Both the position numbers and the translations under genes were made by a program. A stretch of DNA of 60,958 bases, filler included. It is 4 parts of 4 records of this genome, joined end to end, with 100 filler letters (N's around TTAATTAATTAA, not from the genome) between each part and the next. Parts side by side here need not be neighbours in the genome. Positions count along the whole stretch, not along the records: positions 1 to 15,135 come from SRR31156797_2289; 3 more parts are not named here. One strand, given 5' to 3'. Below are positions 1 through 10,710 of the stretch, in pieces. Each line of letters starts with the position of its first letter. The stretch's first letter is position 1. The notes beneath the pieces are model-generated. The model was not told where the DNA came from and did not search any database. It saw only the letters and a program-made list of their open reading frames with translations.

Positions 1-45
1 CTCGCTGAACAAGCATCTTGAAGTTACTTGAGTATATCTAAAAAC

Positions 46-354
46 TTACATCATTCGATGTGGCGGTAGATGAAACTTCATCGGGATAAAACCACGCATT
101 TCCAGTTTTCCCTGATAGTAGTCATCCCCCAGAGCTGAAAACTCAAAATCATAAACAGTATGCCATAACCAACGTCCGTCGCTGGTTTTCCATTTGTGTG
201 CGCCAAATGAAACACTCAGCAGTTGTAAATCAAGTTGGTCACATTTACGGGCGACATGAGCTTTGGCGAGCTCTGACTGACGCCTTTGCTGCCAAAATAA
301 AAAGCAAGCAAAGCACAAACCTAATATTGCAAACAGATCCCCAATCATTGGCAT
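46..354 (-). CDS. DUF3301-like small membrane-anchored protein
   Basis: 102 aa with an N-terminal TM helix and YDFEFS...YYQG motif; TAATG overlap with the upstream gene; usual Vibrio neighbour of DUF3549. Confidence 0.75.
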   Translation of the reverse strand: MPMIGDLFAILGLCFACFLFWQQRRQSELAKAHVARKCDQLDLQLLSVSFGAHKWKTSDGRWLWHTVYDFEFSALGDDYYQGKLEMRGFIPMKFHLPPHRMM

Positions 355-1391
355 TAAGCTTTGGTTTGCTGCTGAAGTTTAACCAAAGCTTGGGCTAATT
401 CTTCAGAGGGAGTGCCGTGGAGTAGAGGCAATAACACCATTCTTAACTCAGGGAGCATAACCAAATCGGCAAACAGTTGGTTAAATAGTGCCTGGTTGCC
501 TGTTTGTGCTAAACGGAGCAAGAACGTTTCAGCCCGAACATTATCATTGAGCACATGCCAAGAGCGACCGGCAATTGCAATCAACACTTCAGGGTGACTA
601 AGACGTGGGCTTAAAAGTACAGCATCGACAACTGAACTCAGTTGTTTGTATTCAGAGCCGGATAGTGCACGAACTAAGGCCGACAGCAGAAAAAGATCGG
701 GTTCTGTACTGGATATTTCGGCTTGAGCAAATTCTTCCAGTCGCTGAGCGAGCTTTTCTGGCAGCGGTGTATGCTCTAAGGCTCCCAACACGGCATACAG
801 AGGTTGGGTTGGTAAATGGCCGAGTGCTTTACGCAGGTTCACACCATTTTGCTCTTGGCTTAAACGAGCACAAATATCGGTGATACCTTGTAAACCGACC
901 GTTTGCCAATTATTCCAGCCTAATCCGCCAGAGAAATAGTGTTGGGCATGTTCGTAATACTGACTGCAAGGCATCGCTAAAGATGCTCTGATCTGACTGT
1001 GGAACACCGCCATTTTGTCTTCGGCTGGCTTGAAGATGTAAGGATTGTTACCCAATTTTTCTTGCTGTTCTTCAGTCAGTTCTTTGGTGAGTCGCGTTCC
1101 CATTGCTTCGACGACATACTTGATGAATTGGCCAATATCCGCTTGTTTCAATAAGCCTCTTTCATCCAGTTCAAATTTAAGAAACCAGATCCAAGGTTGT
1201 TTCGTCTCGTTCCAGTATGCGATAGCGAGTTGAGCGGTTCGCTTTACTGGATAAGGGTACGGCTGGCGGGCTAGCTCTATGTTCGAGAACTGGTCATTGT
1301 CGATGGGTTGAATACGACGGCCTAAATCAAAAATCTGATATTGGCAGCCACTATTCTTCAGTAGGTCAGTTAAAGTCTGTATGTTATCCAT
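354..1391 (-). CDS. DUF3549-like conserved protein
   Basis: 345 aa; QYQIFDLGRRI and PWIWFLKFELDERGLL motifs; divergent from yqcC. Confidence 0.75.
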   Translation of the reverse strand: MDNIQTLTDLLKNSGCQYQIFDLGRRIQPIDNDQFSNIELARQPYPYPVKRTAQLAIAYWNETKQPWIWFLKFELDERGLLKQADIGQFIKYVVEAMGTRLTKELTEEQQEKLGNNPYIFKPAEDKMAVFHSQIRASLAMPCSQYYEHAQHYFSGGLGWNNWQTVGLQGITDICARLSQEQNGVNLRKALGHLPTQPLYAVLGALEHTPLPEKLAQRLEEFAQAEISSTEPDLFLLSALVRALSGSEYKQLSSVVDAVLLSPRLSHPEVLIAIAGRSWHVLNDNVRAETFLLRLAQTGNQALFNQLFADLVMLPELRMVLLPLLHGTPSEELAQALVKLQQQTKA

Positions 1392-1501
1392 GGGAGCAAA
1401 TTGTTCCTAATTTTCTTTTGGGGCAAATTGCCCTTCTTTCCCCAATAAATGGTACTCTATCGCCCTTTTTCAAGGTGTGGTGCTCATAAACTTGGTGAAT
1501 C

Positions 1502-1816
1502 ATGACAATTAACACAAAACTGGCTGATGCATTGGAGCGATTAGAAGCGGAAATGCGTCAATGTGAGCTGTGGCAATCCGAGCCACCGAGTGCGGAAGCA
1601 TTGCAAAGTGTTGAACCTTTCTCTATCGATACGATGGAAGCGCATGAATGGCTGCAGTGGGTATTTTTACCGACCATGCTGTCAATACTCAATGAGAATA
1701 AATCGATTCCGAGAGGCTTTGAGTTGTCGCCATATTTCGAGGAAGTGTGGAAAGACAATGATGCTTATACAACCGTTCTTAAGGTTGTGAACCACATTGA
1801 TAGGGTATGTCAGTAA
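1502..1816 (+). CDS. yqcC: YqcC family protein (DUF446)
   Basis: EALQSVEPFSIDTMEAHEWLQWVFLP motif; directly upstream of truC. Confidence 0.9.
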   Translation: MTINTKLADALERLEAEMRQCELWQSEPPSAEALQSVEPFSIDTMEAHEWLQWVFLPTMLSILNENKSIPRGFELSPYFEEVWKDNDAYTTVLKVVNHIDRVCQ

Positions 1817-2542
1817 ATGTTAGAAATTATCTATCAGGACGAGTATCTCGTTGCCGTTAACAAGCCAGCAGGAATGTTGGTGCATCGTTCGTGGCTTGAT
1901 AAACACGAAACTCAGTTTGTCATGCAAACACTGCGCGATCAGATTGGTCAGCATGTGTTTCCTCTGCATCGATTAGACAGACCCACATCCGGTGTTTTGG
2001 TGTTTGCTCTGTCGAGCGAAATCGCTTCTGAGGTGATGCCAATGTTTGCCAATCATGAAATGGAAAAAACCTACCACGCGATTGTGCGTGGATGGATTGA
2101 AGAGGCGGATGTGCTGGATTATCCATTGAAAGAAGAATTGGATAAAATCGCAGACAAGTTTGCCAAACAGGATAAAGAGCCACAATCCGCGGTCACCGCT
2201 TATCAACCTTTAGCGAAAGTTGAAGTGCCATTTTCAACTGGCAAGTTTCCGACGACTCGCTATTGTTTAATGGAAATGAAACCAAAAACGGGGCGCAAAC
2301 ATCAGTTGCGTCGTCACATGGCCCATCTACGTCATCCTATTGTGGGTGATACCACCCATGGTGATGGTAAACATAACAGACTGTATCGAGAGCAGTATGA
2401 TTGTCATCGCTTAATGTTGCATGCCAGTGAGTTAAGGTTTACTCATCCGTACACGAAACAGGAGCTGATTCTCAACGCTTCTTTTGATGAAGTGTGGCAA
2501 AGATTATTTTCAGAATTTAATTGGACAGAGCCACACGCTTAA
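1817..2542 (+). CDS. truC: tRNA pseudouridine(65) synthase
   Basis: VNKPAGMLVH, catalytic HRLDRPTSG and TGRKHQLRRH motifs. Confidence 0.95.
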   Translation: MLEIIYQDEYLVAVNKPAGMLVHRSWLDKHETQFVMQTLRDQIGQHVFPLHRLDRPTSGVLVFALSSEIASEVMPMFANHEMEKTYHAIVRGWIEEADVLDYPLKEELDKIADKFAKQDKEPQSAVTAYQPLAKVEVPFSTGKFPTTRYCLMEMKPKTGRKHQLRRHMAHLRHPIVGDTTHGDGKHNRLYREQYDCHRLMLHASELRFTHPYTKQELILNASFDEVWQRLFSEFNWTEPHA

Positions 2543-2548
2543 TCCAAC

Positions 2549-2577
2549 AAAAAAGCCTTCTCACAGAGAAGGCTTTT
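2549..2577. terminator. Bidirectional intrinsic terminator between truC and dxs
   Basis: AAAAAAGCCTTCTC-ACA-GAGAAGGCTTTT between convergent genes. Confidence 0.85.
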
Positions 2578-2595
2578 AACTTAATGAACTTGAGA

Positions 2596-4461
2596 TTACT
2601 TGCTTAAATAAGCTTCAATAGCAGCTTGGATACCAGCACCATCTAAGCCTAGTTCAGCATGCATCTCTTCTTGAGTGCCTTGAGCAATAAACTTGTCCGG
2701 CAGACCTAGCGTTAATACTGGTTTGATGATTTTTTCTTGCATCATAAACTCAACCACACCAGCGCCAGCACCGCCTGCAATTACATTCTCTTCCAGAGTA
2801 ACAAGCACATCGTGTGAAGCGGCTAGCTCAGCAATGAGGTCTTCATCGAGTGGTTTTACAAAGCGCATATCCGCAACGGTTGCGTTTAGTGCTTCTGCCG
2901 CTTCTAGTGCGTAAGGCAGTAGAGAACCAAAGCTTAAAATTGCCACTTTCTCGCCTTGACGCATCATGCGGCCTTTACCGATTTCAAGTGCCGTGAACGC
3001 CTGTTCAAGTTCAACACCCATACCATTACCTCGAGGGTAACGTACTGCACTTGGACCTTGATGTTTATGGCCGGTGTAAAGCATCTGGCGACACTCATTT
3101 TCATCTGCCGGGGCCATAATCGTCATATTTGGAATACAACGCATAAAGCTCAAATCAAACGCACCTTGGTGAGTTTGTCCGTCAGCACCAACCAAGCCGG
3201 CTCGGTCAATGGCAAACATCACTGGCAGATTCATGATAGCGACATCGTGAATTAACTGGTCATAGCCACGTTGTAAGAACGTCGAGTAGATAGCGACAAT
3301 CGGGTTGTAATCGGCAATTGCCATACCCGTCGCGAGAGTAACTGCATGTTGCTCTGCGATCGCCACATCAAAGTACTGGGATGGATACTCTTTTGAGAAG
3401 CGAACCATACCTGAGCCTTCACGCATCGCCGGTGTAATCGCCATCAGCTTAGGATCTTGCGCTGCCATATCACACAGGAAGTCACCGAAGATTTTTGAGT
3501 AGGTTGGTTTAGTACTGGTACTCTTTGGCAGGCTGCTGTGAGACGGATCGAACTTAGGTACACCGTGGTAACCGATAGGATCTTTCTCGGCGGGTTCGTA
3601 ACCTTTGCCTTTCTTGGTCATGATATGAAGGAACTGCGGTCCTTTCAGTTCACGCATGTTCTTCAGTGTTTTAACTAGCTCAATGACATCGTGACCGTCG
3701 ACAGGGCCAATATAGTTAAAACCTAACTCTTCAAATAGAGTACCAGGAACGACCATTCCCTTAAGATGTTCTTCAGTACGACGCACCAGTTCTTTAATCG
3801 GCGGAACACCAGACAGTACTTTTTTACCACCTTCGCGAATAGAGGTGTACAAGTTGCCAGATAACACCTGAGCAAGGTGGTTGTTCAACGCGCCAACGTT
3901 CTCTGAGATAGACATTTCGTTATCATTTAAAATGATGAGCATGTCAGGATGAACATCACCGGCGTGGTTCATCGCTTCAAAAGCCATACCAGCGGTAATG
4001 GCCCCGTCACCAATCACACTGACAACCTTGCGATTAGCCCCTTCTTTTTGGGCACAGATTGCCATACCTAAAGCTGCACTGATTGAGGTCGATGAGTGGC
4101 CAACAGAAAGCGTGTCGTACTCACTTTCTTCACGCCATGGGAATGGGTGCAACCCCTCTTTTTGGCGAATGGTTGGCATCTGCTCACGACGACCGGTCAG
4201 GATTTTATGCGGGTAAGCTTGATGGCCTACGTCCCAAATAAGTTGATCAAAGGGCGTGTTGTAGACGTAGTGCATCGCTACTGTTAGCTCAACTGTACCT
4301 AAACCTGAAGCTAAGTGGCCACTGGATTGGCTCACAGAGTTAAGCAGGTAAGTTCTCAGCTCATCACAAAGTTTTGGCAGAATGTTTTTTGGCATACTGC
4401 GTAATTCTTCCGGCGTATTCGCCAGTGCCAGTGTTGGATATTTTGAAATATCAAGAGTCAT
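2596..4461 (-). CDS. dxs: 1-deoxy-D-xylulose-5-phosphate synthase
   Basis: [14 protein letters not shown]-binding [15 protein letters not shown] and DGQTHQG motifs; 621 aa. Confidence 0.98.
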   Translation of the reverse strand: MTLDISKYPTLALANTPEELRSMPKNILPKLCDELRTYLLNSVSQSSGHLASGLGTVELTVAMHYVYNTPFDQLIWDVGHQAYPHKILTGRREQMPTIRQKEGLHPFPWREESEYDTLSVGHSSTSISAALGMAICAQKEGANRKVVSVIGDGAITAGMAFEAMNHAGDVHPDMLIILNDNEMSISENVGALNNHLAQVLSGNLYTSIREGGKKVLSGVPPIKELVRRTEEHLKGMVVPGTLFEELGFNYIGPVDGHDVIELVKTLKNMRELKGPQFLHIMTKKGKGYEPAEKDPIGYHGVPKFDPSHSSLPKSTSTKPTYSKIFGDFLCDMAAQDPKLMAITPAMREGSGMVRFSKEYPSQYFDVAIAEQHAVTLATGMAIADYNPIVAIYSTFLQRGYDQLIHDVAIMNLPVMFAIDRAGLVGADGQTHQGAFDLSFMRCIPNMTIMAPADENECRQMLYTGHKHQGPSAVRYPRGNGMGVELEQAFTALEIGKGRMMRQGEKVAILSFGSLLPYALEAAEALNATVADMRFVKPLDEDLIAELAASHDVLVTLEENVIAGGAGAGVVEFMMQEKIIKPVLTLGLPDKFIAQGTQEEMHAELGLDGAGIQAAIEAYLSK

Positions 4462-4481
4462 AATAATGCGCGCTTATAGTG

Positions 4482-5366
4482 TTAGTTTTTGCGCTCGATG
4501 ACGTATCGGGCGAACTCTTCCAAACTTTCTGTATTGTACGGAATTGCTTCAAGAGCTTGAAGTGCTTCCTGTAACAGAGTGTGAGATTTGTTGATTGCGC
4601 CGTCCAAACCCAGTAAGGCTGGATACGTACTTTTATTGAGCTGCTGGTCTGAACCTTGAGGTTTACCCAAAGTTTCAGTGTCTCCAATAATATCTAAGAT
4701 GTCGTCTTGTACCTGAAAAGCCAGGCCGACGGCATCCGCAAATTTATCGAGTTGAGGCAGTATCTCTACGCCTTTTTGTCCTGCGGCTAACGCACCTAAG
4801 CGGATAGCACAACGCATTAAAGCGCCGGTCTTGTTGCGGTGAATATTCTCGAGTTCATCGAGAGACACCAATCTGTTTTCGGCCGCAAGATCCAAAGCTT
4901 GGCCTAAACACATGCCTTGTGCGCCGGAGGCTTCAGCAAGAACCTGAATCATTTTTACTCGATTCGCGTCGCCACCATCAGAAAGTGAGCCTTCTGCCAG
5001 AATTGTAAACGCTAATGTTTGTAGGGCATCGCCAGTTAAAATGGCGGTCGCTTCATCAAACTTAATGTGACAAGTTGGCTTGCCACGACGCAATTCGTCG
5101 TCGTCCATTGCCGGTAGGTCGTCATGGATAAGAGAATACGCATGGATACATTCCACCGCAGATGCGGGGGTATCTAAATCTTCGAGCGAACAACCCAGCA
5201 TTTTACCCGTAATGTAAACTAAGTAAGGTCTTGCTCGTTTACCACCGAGTAGCAGACCATAACGCATCGCTTCTATTAGCGGCAGGTTTTGGTTCGGCAG
5301 ACGATTCAACCAGTTATCCAGTTGTTCGTTGTTTCTTTTTTGATGAGAGGTTAGAGCCTCGATCAT
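4482..5366 (-). CDS. ispA: Farnesyl diphosphate synthase
   Basis: GGKR, HDDLPAMDDDELRRG and FQVQDD motifs; xseB-ispA-dxs order. Confidence 0.97.
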   Translation of the reverse strand: MIEALTSHQKRNNEQLDNWLNRLPNQNLPLIEAMRYGLLLGGKRARPYLVYITGKMLGCSLEDLDTPASAVECIHAYSLIHDDLPAMDDDELRRGKPTCHIKFDEATAILTGDALQTLAFTILAEGSLSDGGDANRVKMIQVLAEASGAQGMCLGQALDLAAENRLVSLDELENIHRNKTGALMRCAIRLGALAAGQKGVEILPQLDKFADAVGLAFQVQDDILDIIGDTETLGKPQGSDQQLNKSTYPALLGLDGAINKSHTLLQEALQALEAIPYNTESLEEFARYVIERKN

Positions 5367-5403
5367 AGGACACTCTTCAACGTTTGTTCGGCTAATCTAT
5401 GGT

Positions 5404-5646
5404 TTATTCAGGCAGTTGTTCAAACTCGCCGAGCGGCGCGTCATCTGTGTTGTTTAACAAAATACTGACGCGTTGTTCTGCTTCATCCAGTTTAGTTTGA
5501 CCAGAGCGAGCCAGCGCGATACCGCGCTCAAATTTCTTCAATGCATCATCTAAGGCTAAATCGCCATTTTCTAATTGGTCAACAACCTGCTCAAGCTCTT
5601 CGATTGTTGCCTCAAAAGACATGTTTTCTGGTTTTTTGCTCGCCAT
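5404..5646 (-). CDS. xseB: Exodeoxyribonuclease VII small subunit
   Basis: SFEATIEELEQVVDQLENGDLALDDALKKFERGI; 80 aa. Confidence 0.95.
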   Translation of the reverse strand: MASKKPENMSFEATIEELEQVVDQLENGDLALDDALKKFERGIALARSGQTKLDEAEQRVSILLNNTDDAPLGEFEQLPE

Positions 5647-5954
5647 AATATTCTTGCCTTGGAAAAAGTGTACGAAAGTTACCTTAGCCAGTGTTGATGG
5701 TCAAATTTAACCAAGCTATTTTGTCAGAAATACCTCGGTTTGTATCCGATATATCTAACGAATATGGAAACTCATACCCACTTAGCTGCGTTAATGGGGT
5801 GTTGGATATTGAAATCTAACTATGTCGATGGTGCATATTGACACATTTTAAGTATAAACTTGATGTTAGACCGAAATGGACTGTTGATGACGCTCTGAGT
5901 CATGTATTGTGAGTCCATTCGGAGATGTTGGGGTTAGAATTCGCCAATTAATAG

Positions 5955-5981
5955 TTAAAGATTTGATTCTGTTGCCGATAA
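5955..5981 (+). promoter_or_regulatory. Probable sigma-28 (FliA) promoter of pomAB
   Basis: TTAAAG-N13-GCCGATAA about 60 bp upstream of pomA; perfect -10 box, spacing slightly short. Confidence 0.7.
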
Positions 5982-6042
5982 CTAATGTATCTCTGAGTCA
6001 ATAGACTGTATTCAACGCGAACATACAATTGAGGAGTGCTTC

Positions 6043-6807
6043 GTGGATTTAGCAACGCTGATAGGCCTGATTGGTGGTTTAGCTTTCGTTATCATGGCGA
6101 TGATATTGGGCGGCAGCCTGATGATGTTTGTTGATGTCACTTCGATTCTTATTGTTGTCGGTGGTTCGACATTCGTTGTATTGATGAAGTTTACCATGGG
6201 CCAGTTCTTTGGCGCAGCGAAGATAGCCGGTAAAGCATTCATGTTTAAAGCGGATGAGCCGGAAGATCTGATTGCGAAAGTTGTAGAAATGGCGGATGCA
6301 GCGCGTAAAGGTGGTTTCCTTGCTCTAGAAGAGATGGAGATCAGCAACAGCTTTATGCAGAAAGGCATCGATTTGCTTGTCGATGGCCATGATGCCGATG
6401 TGGTTCGCGCAACACTCCAAAAAGATATTGCCTTGACTGATGAACGTCACGAGTTCGGTACCAGTGTGTTTAGAGCCTTCGGTGACGTCTCTCCGGCAAT
6501 GGGTATGATTGGTACGTTGGTGGGTCTGGTGGCTATGCTGTCTAATATGGATGACCCGAAAGCGATCGGCCCTGCGATGGCGGTAGCACTTTTAACCACG
6601 CTTTATGGTGCCGTGTTATCCAACATGGTGTTCTTCCCGATTGCCGATAAGCTGTCTTTGCGCCGAGAGCAAGAAACCTTGAACCGCCGTCTAATTATGG
6701 ATGGGGTACTCGCAATTCAAGATGGTCAGAACCCTCGCGTTATCGATAGCTACCTGAAGAATTACCTCAATGAGGGCAAACGCGCTCTTGATGTAGACAG
6801 TGAATAA
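6043..6807 (+). CDS. pomA: Na+-driven polar flagellar stator subunit A
   Basis: GTG start after GAGGAG; MDLATLIG, ARKGGFLALEE and PAMGMIGTLVGL motifs. Confidence 0.95.
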   Translation: MDLATLIGLIGGLAFVIMAMILGGSLMMFVDVTSILIVVGGSTFVVLMKFTMGQFFGAAKIAGKAFMFKADEPEDLIAKVVEMADAARKGGFLALEEMEISNSFMQKGIDLLVDGHDADVVRATLQKDIALTDERHEFGTSVFRAFGDVSPAMGMIGTLVGLVAMLSNMDDPKAIGPAMAVALLTTLYGAVLSNMVFFPIADKLSLRREQETLNRRLIMDGVLAIQDGQNPRVIDSYLKNYLNEGKRALDVDSE

Positions 6808-6819
6808 CTGGAGCGAATA

Positions 6820-7782
6820 ATGGATGATGAGCAAAAGCCAAAATGTCCACCTCCAGGGCTTCCTCTCTGGATGGGAACATTTGCTGACTTAATGTCATTG
6901 CTGATGTGCTTCTTCGTATTGCTACTTTCTTTTTCGGAAATGGACGTACTGAAGTTCAAGCAGATTGCAGGTTCGATGAAATTTGCATTCGGTGTCCAAA
7001 ACCGCCTAGAAGTGAAAGATATCCCGAAAGGGACCAGTATCATTGCCCAAGAATTTCGTCCGGGCCGTCCAGAGCCGACCCCCATTGACGTTATCATGCA
7101 GCAAACTATAGACATTACTCAGCAAACATTGGAGTTCCACGAAGGGGATGAAGATAGAGCTGGGGGAACTAAGCGTGATGCTGGTGAAATGACCGGTGGT
7201 CAATCGCCAGAAACGTCTACAGAAGATAACCAGAACACAGAAACTGAACAACAGCAGCAACAGCAGGCTCAGGCAACCTCAGAAGAGGTTCAAGAGTTAA
7301 TGGAAACCATTAAGAATGCGTTGCAGCGGGAGATTGAACAAGGGGCTATTGAGGTTGATAACCTTGGTCAGCAAATTGTTATTCGTATTCGCGAAAAAGG
7401 TGCTTTCCCTGAAGGTTCTGCTTTTTTACAACCTAAGTTCCGTCCTCTGGTTCGTCAAATTGCCGACTTGGTAAAAGATGTTCCGGGTATTGTGAGAATT
7501 TCAGGTCATACGGATAATCAAAGAATTGATTCTGAGCTCTACCGTTCAAACTGGGACCTATCGTCACAACGTGCGGTTTCTGTCGCTCAGGAGATGGAGA
7601 AGGTTCGCGGTTTCTCTCATCAGAGATTACGTGTTCGTGGTATGGCTGATACCGATCCTCTAGGGCCAAACGATACGGCTGCTCAACGCTCTCGTAATCG
7701 TCGGGTTGAGATCAGTATTATGCAAGGTGAGCCGATTTATAGTGAAGAAGTCCCATCCGTTCAGGCAGATACCATTCAATAA
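6820..7782 (+). CDS. pomB: Na+-driven polar flagellar stator subunit B
   Basis: WMGTFADLMSLLM with the ion-binding Asp; OmpA-like GHTDN...NWDLSSQRA...NRRVEI domain. Confidence 0.95.
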   Translation: MDDEQKPKCPPPGLPLWMGTFADLMSLLMCFFVLLLSFSEMDVLKFKQIAGSMKFAFGVQNRLEVKDIPKGTSIIAQEFRPGRPEPTPIDVIMQQTIDITQQTLEFHEGDEDRAGGTKRDAGEMTGGQSPETSTEDNQNTETEQQQQQQAQATSEEVQELMETIKNALQREIEQGAIEVDNLGQQIVIRIREKGAFPEGSAFLQPKFRPLVRQIADLVKDVPGIVRISGHTDNQRIDSELYRSNWDLSSQRAVSVAQEMEKVRGFSHQRLRVRGMADTDPLGPNDTAAQRSRNRRVEISIMQGEPIYSEEVPSVQADTIQ

Positions 7783-7802
7783 CGCATGAGTGAATCCGAT
7801 GC

Positions 7803-7829
7803 AAAGGCAAGCAATACGCTTGCCTTTTT
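7803..7829 (+). terminator. Intrinsic terminator of pomAB
   Basis: AAAGGCAAGC-AATAC-GCTTGCCTTTTT. Confidence 0.85.
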
Positions 7830-7952
7830 CATATGCTTTTATCGTGAGCGATTTATCGTGTATAATCCTGCCCCCTTAAGGTCAACTGACCCTACCTGTG
7901 CCTGATGTTTCCAAGCACACACTATGTTCACATTCAATTTGCGAAGACACTT

Positions 7953-9401
7953 ATGAAATTTATTGTTAAGCCCCATCCAGAAATCTTTGTTAAAAGTGAA
8001 TCGGTGCGTAAGCGCTTCACTAAAATTCTTGAGTCTAATATTCGCAATATCGTTAAAAGCCGTACTACCGGTGTCGCGGTGTTTAACCGTCGTGACCATA
8101 TTGAAGTGACGTCTGAAAGTGACGAGTTTTACACCCAAACGTTGGAAATTCTGACTCATACACCAGGGATTCAGCAGGTGCTAGAAGTCAAACAGACGAC
8201 GTTTACTGATTTGCATGATATCTACGAACAGGTTCTGGAACTGAACCGTAGTTTAATCGAAGGCAAAACGTTCGTGGTGCGCGCTAAGCGTCGTGGTAAA
8301 CACGATTTCACTTCTATCGAGCTTGAGCGTTACGTCGGTGGCGGCTTAAACCAAGCAGTAGAAAGCGCTAAAGTTAAACTGACCAAACCTGACGTGACGA
8401 TTAGCGTTGAAGTGAATGGTGAGTTGTTGAACCAGATCATTGCTCGCTACAAAGGTTTGGGGGGCTTCCCTCTTGGAACACAAGAAGATGTATTGAGCTT
8501 GATTTCAGGCGGATTTGATTCTGGTGTTTCAAGTTACCTGCACATAAAGCGTGGCTCTAAGGTGCATTACTGTTTCTTCAACCTTGGTGGTCCAGCGCAC
8601 GAGATTGGTGTTAAACAGGTCGCTCACTACTTGTGGAAAAAATACGGTTCATCAGCCAAAGTTCGTTTCATTTCTGTAGATTTTGAACCTGTGGTAGCTG
8701 AAATACTCGAGAAAGTGGATGACGGTCAAATGGGCGTTGTTCTTAAACGTATGTTTATGCGTGCTGCGGGTAAAGTGGCAGATAAGTTTAAGATTGAAGC
8801 ATTGGTTACGGGTGAAGCGCTAGGTCAGGTTTCTAGCCAAACCTTGACTAACCTTCGTCACATTGATGGTGTTACGGACAGTTTGATTCTTCGCCCGCTG
8901 ATTAACTGGGATAAAGACGATATCATTAACCTTGCGCGAGATATCGGAACTGAAGATTTCGCCAAAACCATGCCTGAATACTGTGGTGTTATTTCGAAGA
9001 GTCCAACAGTTAAAGCGGTGAAAGCGAAGTTGGAAACAGAAGAAGCGAAGTTTGATTTTGATATTCTTGATCAAGTCGTTCGTAATGCTCGCGTCATGGA
9101 TATCCGTGATATTGAGAAAGAAAGCCAAGAGCAGGCACCAGAAGTGGAACAGGTGGCGGCGGTTCAGGAACACGCAATTGTGCTGGATATCCGCAGTGCA
9201 GATGAAGAAGATGAGAATCCGCTGGAAATTGACGGTGTTGAAGTTAAGCACATACCTTTCTTCAAACTCGCGACTCAGTTTGGCGATCTTGATCAATCTA
9301 AGACTTACTTATTGTATTGCGAACGTGGCGTAATGAGCCGTCTTCAGGCGCTGTATTTACAAGAGCAAGGCTACACCAATGTAAAAGTATATCGTCCGTA
9401 A
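7953..9401 (+). CDS. thiI: tRNA 4-thiouridine synthase (THUMP, PP-loop and rhodanese domains)
   Basis: Start moved to [12 protein letters not shown] (ATG 7953); SGGFDS PP-loop, PEYCG, C-terminal LYCERGVMS rhodanese motif. Confidence 0.96.
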   Translation: MKFIVKPHPEIFVKSESVRKRFTKILESNIRNIVKSRTTGVAVFNRRDHIEVTSESDEFYTQTLEILTHTPGIQQVLEVKQTTFTDLHDIYEQVLELNRSLIEGKTFVVRAKRRGKHDFTSIELERYVGGGLNQAVESAKVKLTKPDVTISVEVNGELLNQIIARYKGLGGFPLGTQEDVLSLISGGFDSGVSSYLHIKRGSKVHYCFFNLGGPAHEIGVKQVAHYLWKKYGSSAKVRFISVDFEPVVAEILEKVDDGQMGVVLKRMFMRAAGKVADKFKIEALVTGEALGQVSSQTLTNLRHIDGVTDSLILRPLINWDKDDIINLARDIGTEDFAKTMPEYCGVISKSPTVKAVKAKLETEEAKFDFDILDQVVRNARVMDIRDIEKESQEQAPEVEQVAAVQEHAIVLDIRSADEEDENPLEIDGVEVKHIPFFKLATQFGDLDQSKTYLLYCERGVMSRLQALYLQEQGYTNVKVYRP

Positions 9402-9426
9402 CTTCGGCGATTTAATAGCATTATAT

Positions 9427-9462
9427 AAAGCGCAATCTGTTGGCTCAGGTTGCGCTTTTTTA
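9427..9462 (+). terminator. Intrinsic terminator of thiI
   Basis: AAAGCGCAATCTG-TTGGCT-CAGGTTGCGCTTTTTT. Confidence 0.85.
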
Positions 9463-9496
9463 TGTCTGACTCAAGGGAAATATGAGTTTTGGGCAT

Positions 9497-9704
9497 AAAA
9501 AAACACCGCCACATAGGGCGGTGCTAAATATTTGACAGACAGGTCAAAATAAATACAGGAAGTATAAGTTTTGTTCCAGGGGATAACTGCAACAAAACGG
9601 GTGGTAGAATTCTACCTAACTCGAAAACCGAGTATGCAAACACAACATCGTAATAATAAAGCCAATTGATTCAGAAGAATCAAGCCGTTCAGGCTCATAT
9701 TACG
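9497..9704 (-). ncRNA. gcvB: GcvB small regulatory RNA
   Basis: Minus strand contains GATGTTGTGTTTGCA (R1-like), ACTTCCTGTA (R2), CTGTCTGTC (R3) and terminator AGCACCGCC-CTATGT-GGCGGTG-T7; divergent from gcvA; 5' end inferred from the promoter. Confidence 0.92.
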
Positions 9705-9710
9705 AAAGGA

Positions 9711-9786
9711 AATATAGATTTTCTCTGGCTGGTTAGCAATCGACAATTTATAATGATTCAGATGAAAAAAACTAATGCTTGATTGG
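9711..9786. promoter_or_regulatory. Divergent gcvB/gcvA promoters with candidate GcvA site
   Basis: Minus strand TTGCTA-N17-TATATT (9739-9711); plus strand TATAAT at 9749-9754; CTAAT-GCTTG-ATTGG at 9772-9786 resembles the GcvA CTAAT element. Confidence 0.65.
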
Positions 9787-9801
9787 AAATAGGATCTATC
9801 C

Positions 9802-10710
9802 ATGTCCCGAAGATTACCTCCATTGAATTCGTTAAAAGTGTTTGAAGCGGCTGCTCGTCATTTGAGCTTTACTCGAGCGGCTGAAGAGCTGTTTGTTACT
9901 CAGGCTGCGGTGAGTCATCAAATTAAAGCACTAGAAGAATATCTTGGTTTGAAACTGTTTCGCCGCCGTAATCGCTCATTGCTATTAACGGAAGAAGGGC
10001 AGGCATATTTCCTGGATATCAAAGATATCTTTAGCTCTTTAGCCGAAGCGACCGATAAGCTGTTGGAACGCAGTGAGAAAGGGGCTCTGACCATCAGTTT
10101 ACCGCCAAGCTTTGCGATACAATGGTTGGTTCCAAGACTGGCAGACTTCAATGAACAACAGCCAGATATTGATGTTCGAATCAAAGCGGTTGATATGGAA
10201 GAAGGCTCATTGACCGACGATGTGGATGTGGCGATTTATTATGGTCGAGGTCATTGGCCAGGACTTAGAGCTGATAAGCTTTATCAAGAATTCTTGATTC
10301 CACTTTGTTCACCATCGCTAATGCTAGGACCCAAGCCGTTAAAATCTTTGGATGATCTGCGCCTTCATACCTTGCTTCATGACACATCAAGAAAAGATTG
10401 GAAACAATTTGCAAAAGAAAACTCTATCGAAGGGGTAAACTTGAATCATGGTCCTATCTTTAGTCATTCGACGATGGTTCTTCAGGCTGCTATCCACGGC
10501 CAGGGAATTGCCCTGGGGAATAATGTGCTTGCTCAACCGGAAATGGATGCTGGACGATTAATTGCTCCATTTGATGAAGTATTGATGACGAAAAATGCTT
10601 TCTACGTTGTTTGTCATGAGAAACAAGCGGATATGGGGCGTATTGCAACCTTCCGTGATTGGATGCTGAAAAAAGCGCGTAGTGAGCAAGAGGAAATACT
10701 AGATGAATAA
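9802..10710 (+). CDS. gcvA: LysR-type glycine cleavage system activator
   Basis: MSRRLPPLNSLKVFEAAARHLSFTRAAEELFVTQAAVSHQIK; adjacent to gcvB. Confidence 0.95.
   Translation: MSRRLPPLNSLKVFEAAARHLSFTRAAEELFVTQAAVSHQIKALEEYLGLKLFRRRNRSLLLTEEGQAYFLDIKDIFSSLAEATDKLLERSEKGALTISLPPSFAIQWLVPRLADFNEQQPDIDVRIKAVDMEEGSLTDDVDVAIYYGRGHWPGLRADKLYQEFLIPLCSPSLMLGPKPLKSLDDLRLHTLLHDTSRKDWKQFAKENSIEGVNLNHGPIFSHSTMVLQAAIHGQGIALGNNVLAQPEMDAGRLIAPFDEVLMTKNAFYVVCHEKQADMGRIATFRDWMLKKARSEQEEILDE

Noticed and set aside
5893-6000. 10-bp direct repeat CTCTGAGTCA upstream of pomA (5893 and 5991)
   Set aside because: One 10-mer pair in about 400 bp is plausible by chance, and I recognise no matching regulator motif
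7248-7272. Gln run in PomB as a phase-variable repeat
   Set aside because: Mixed CAA/CAG codons, in frame, within the usual low-complexity PomB linker
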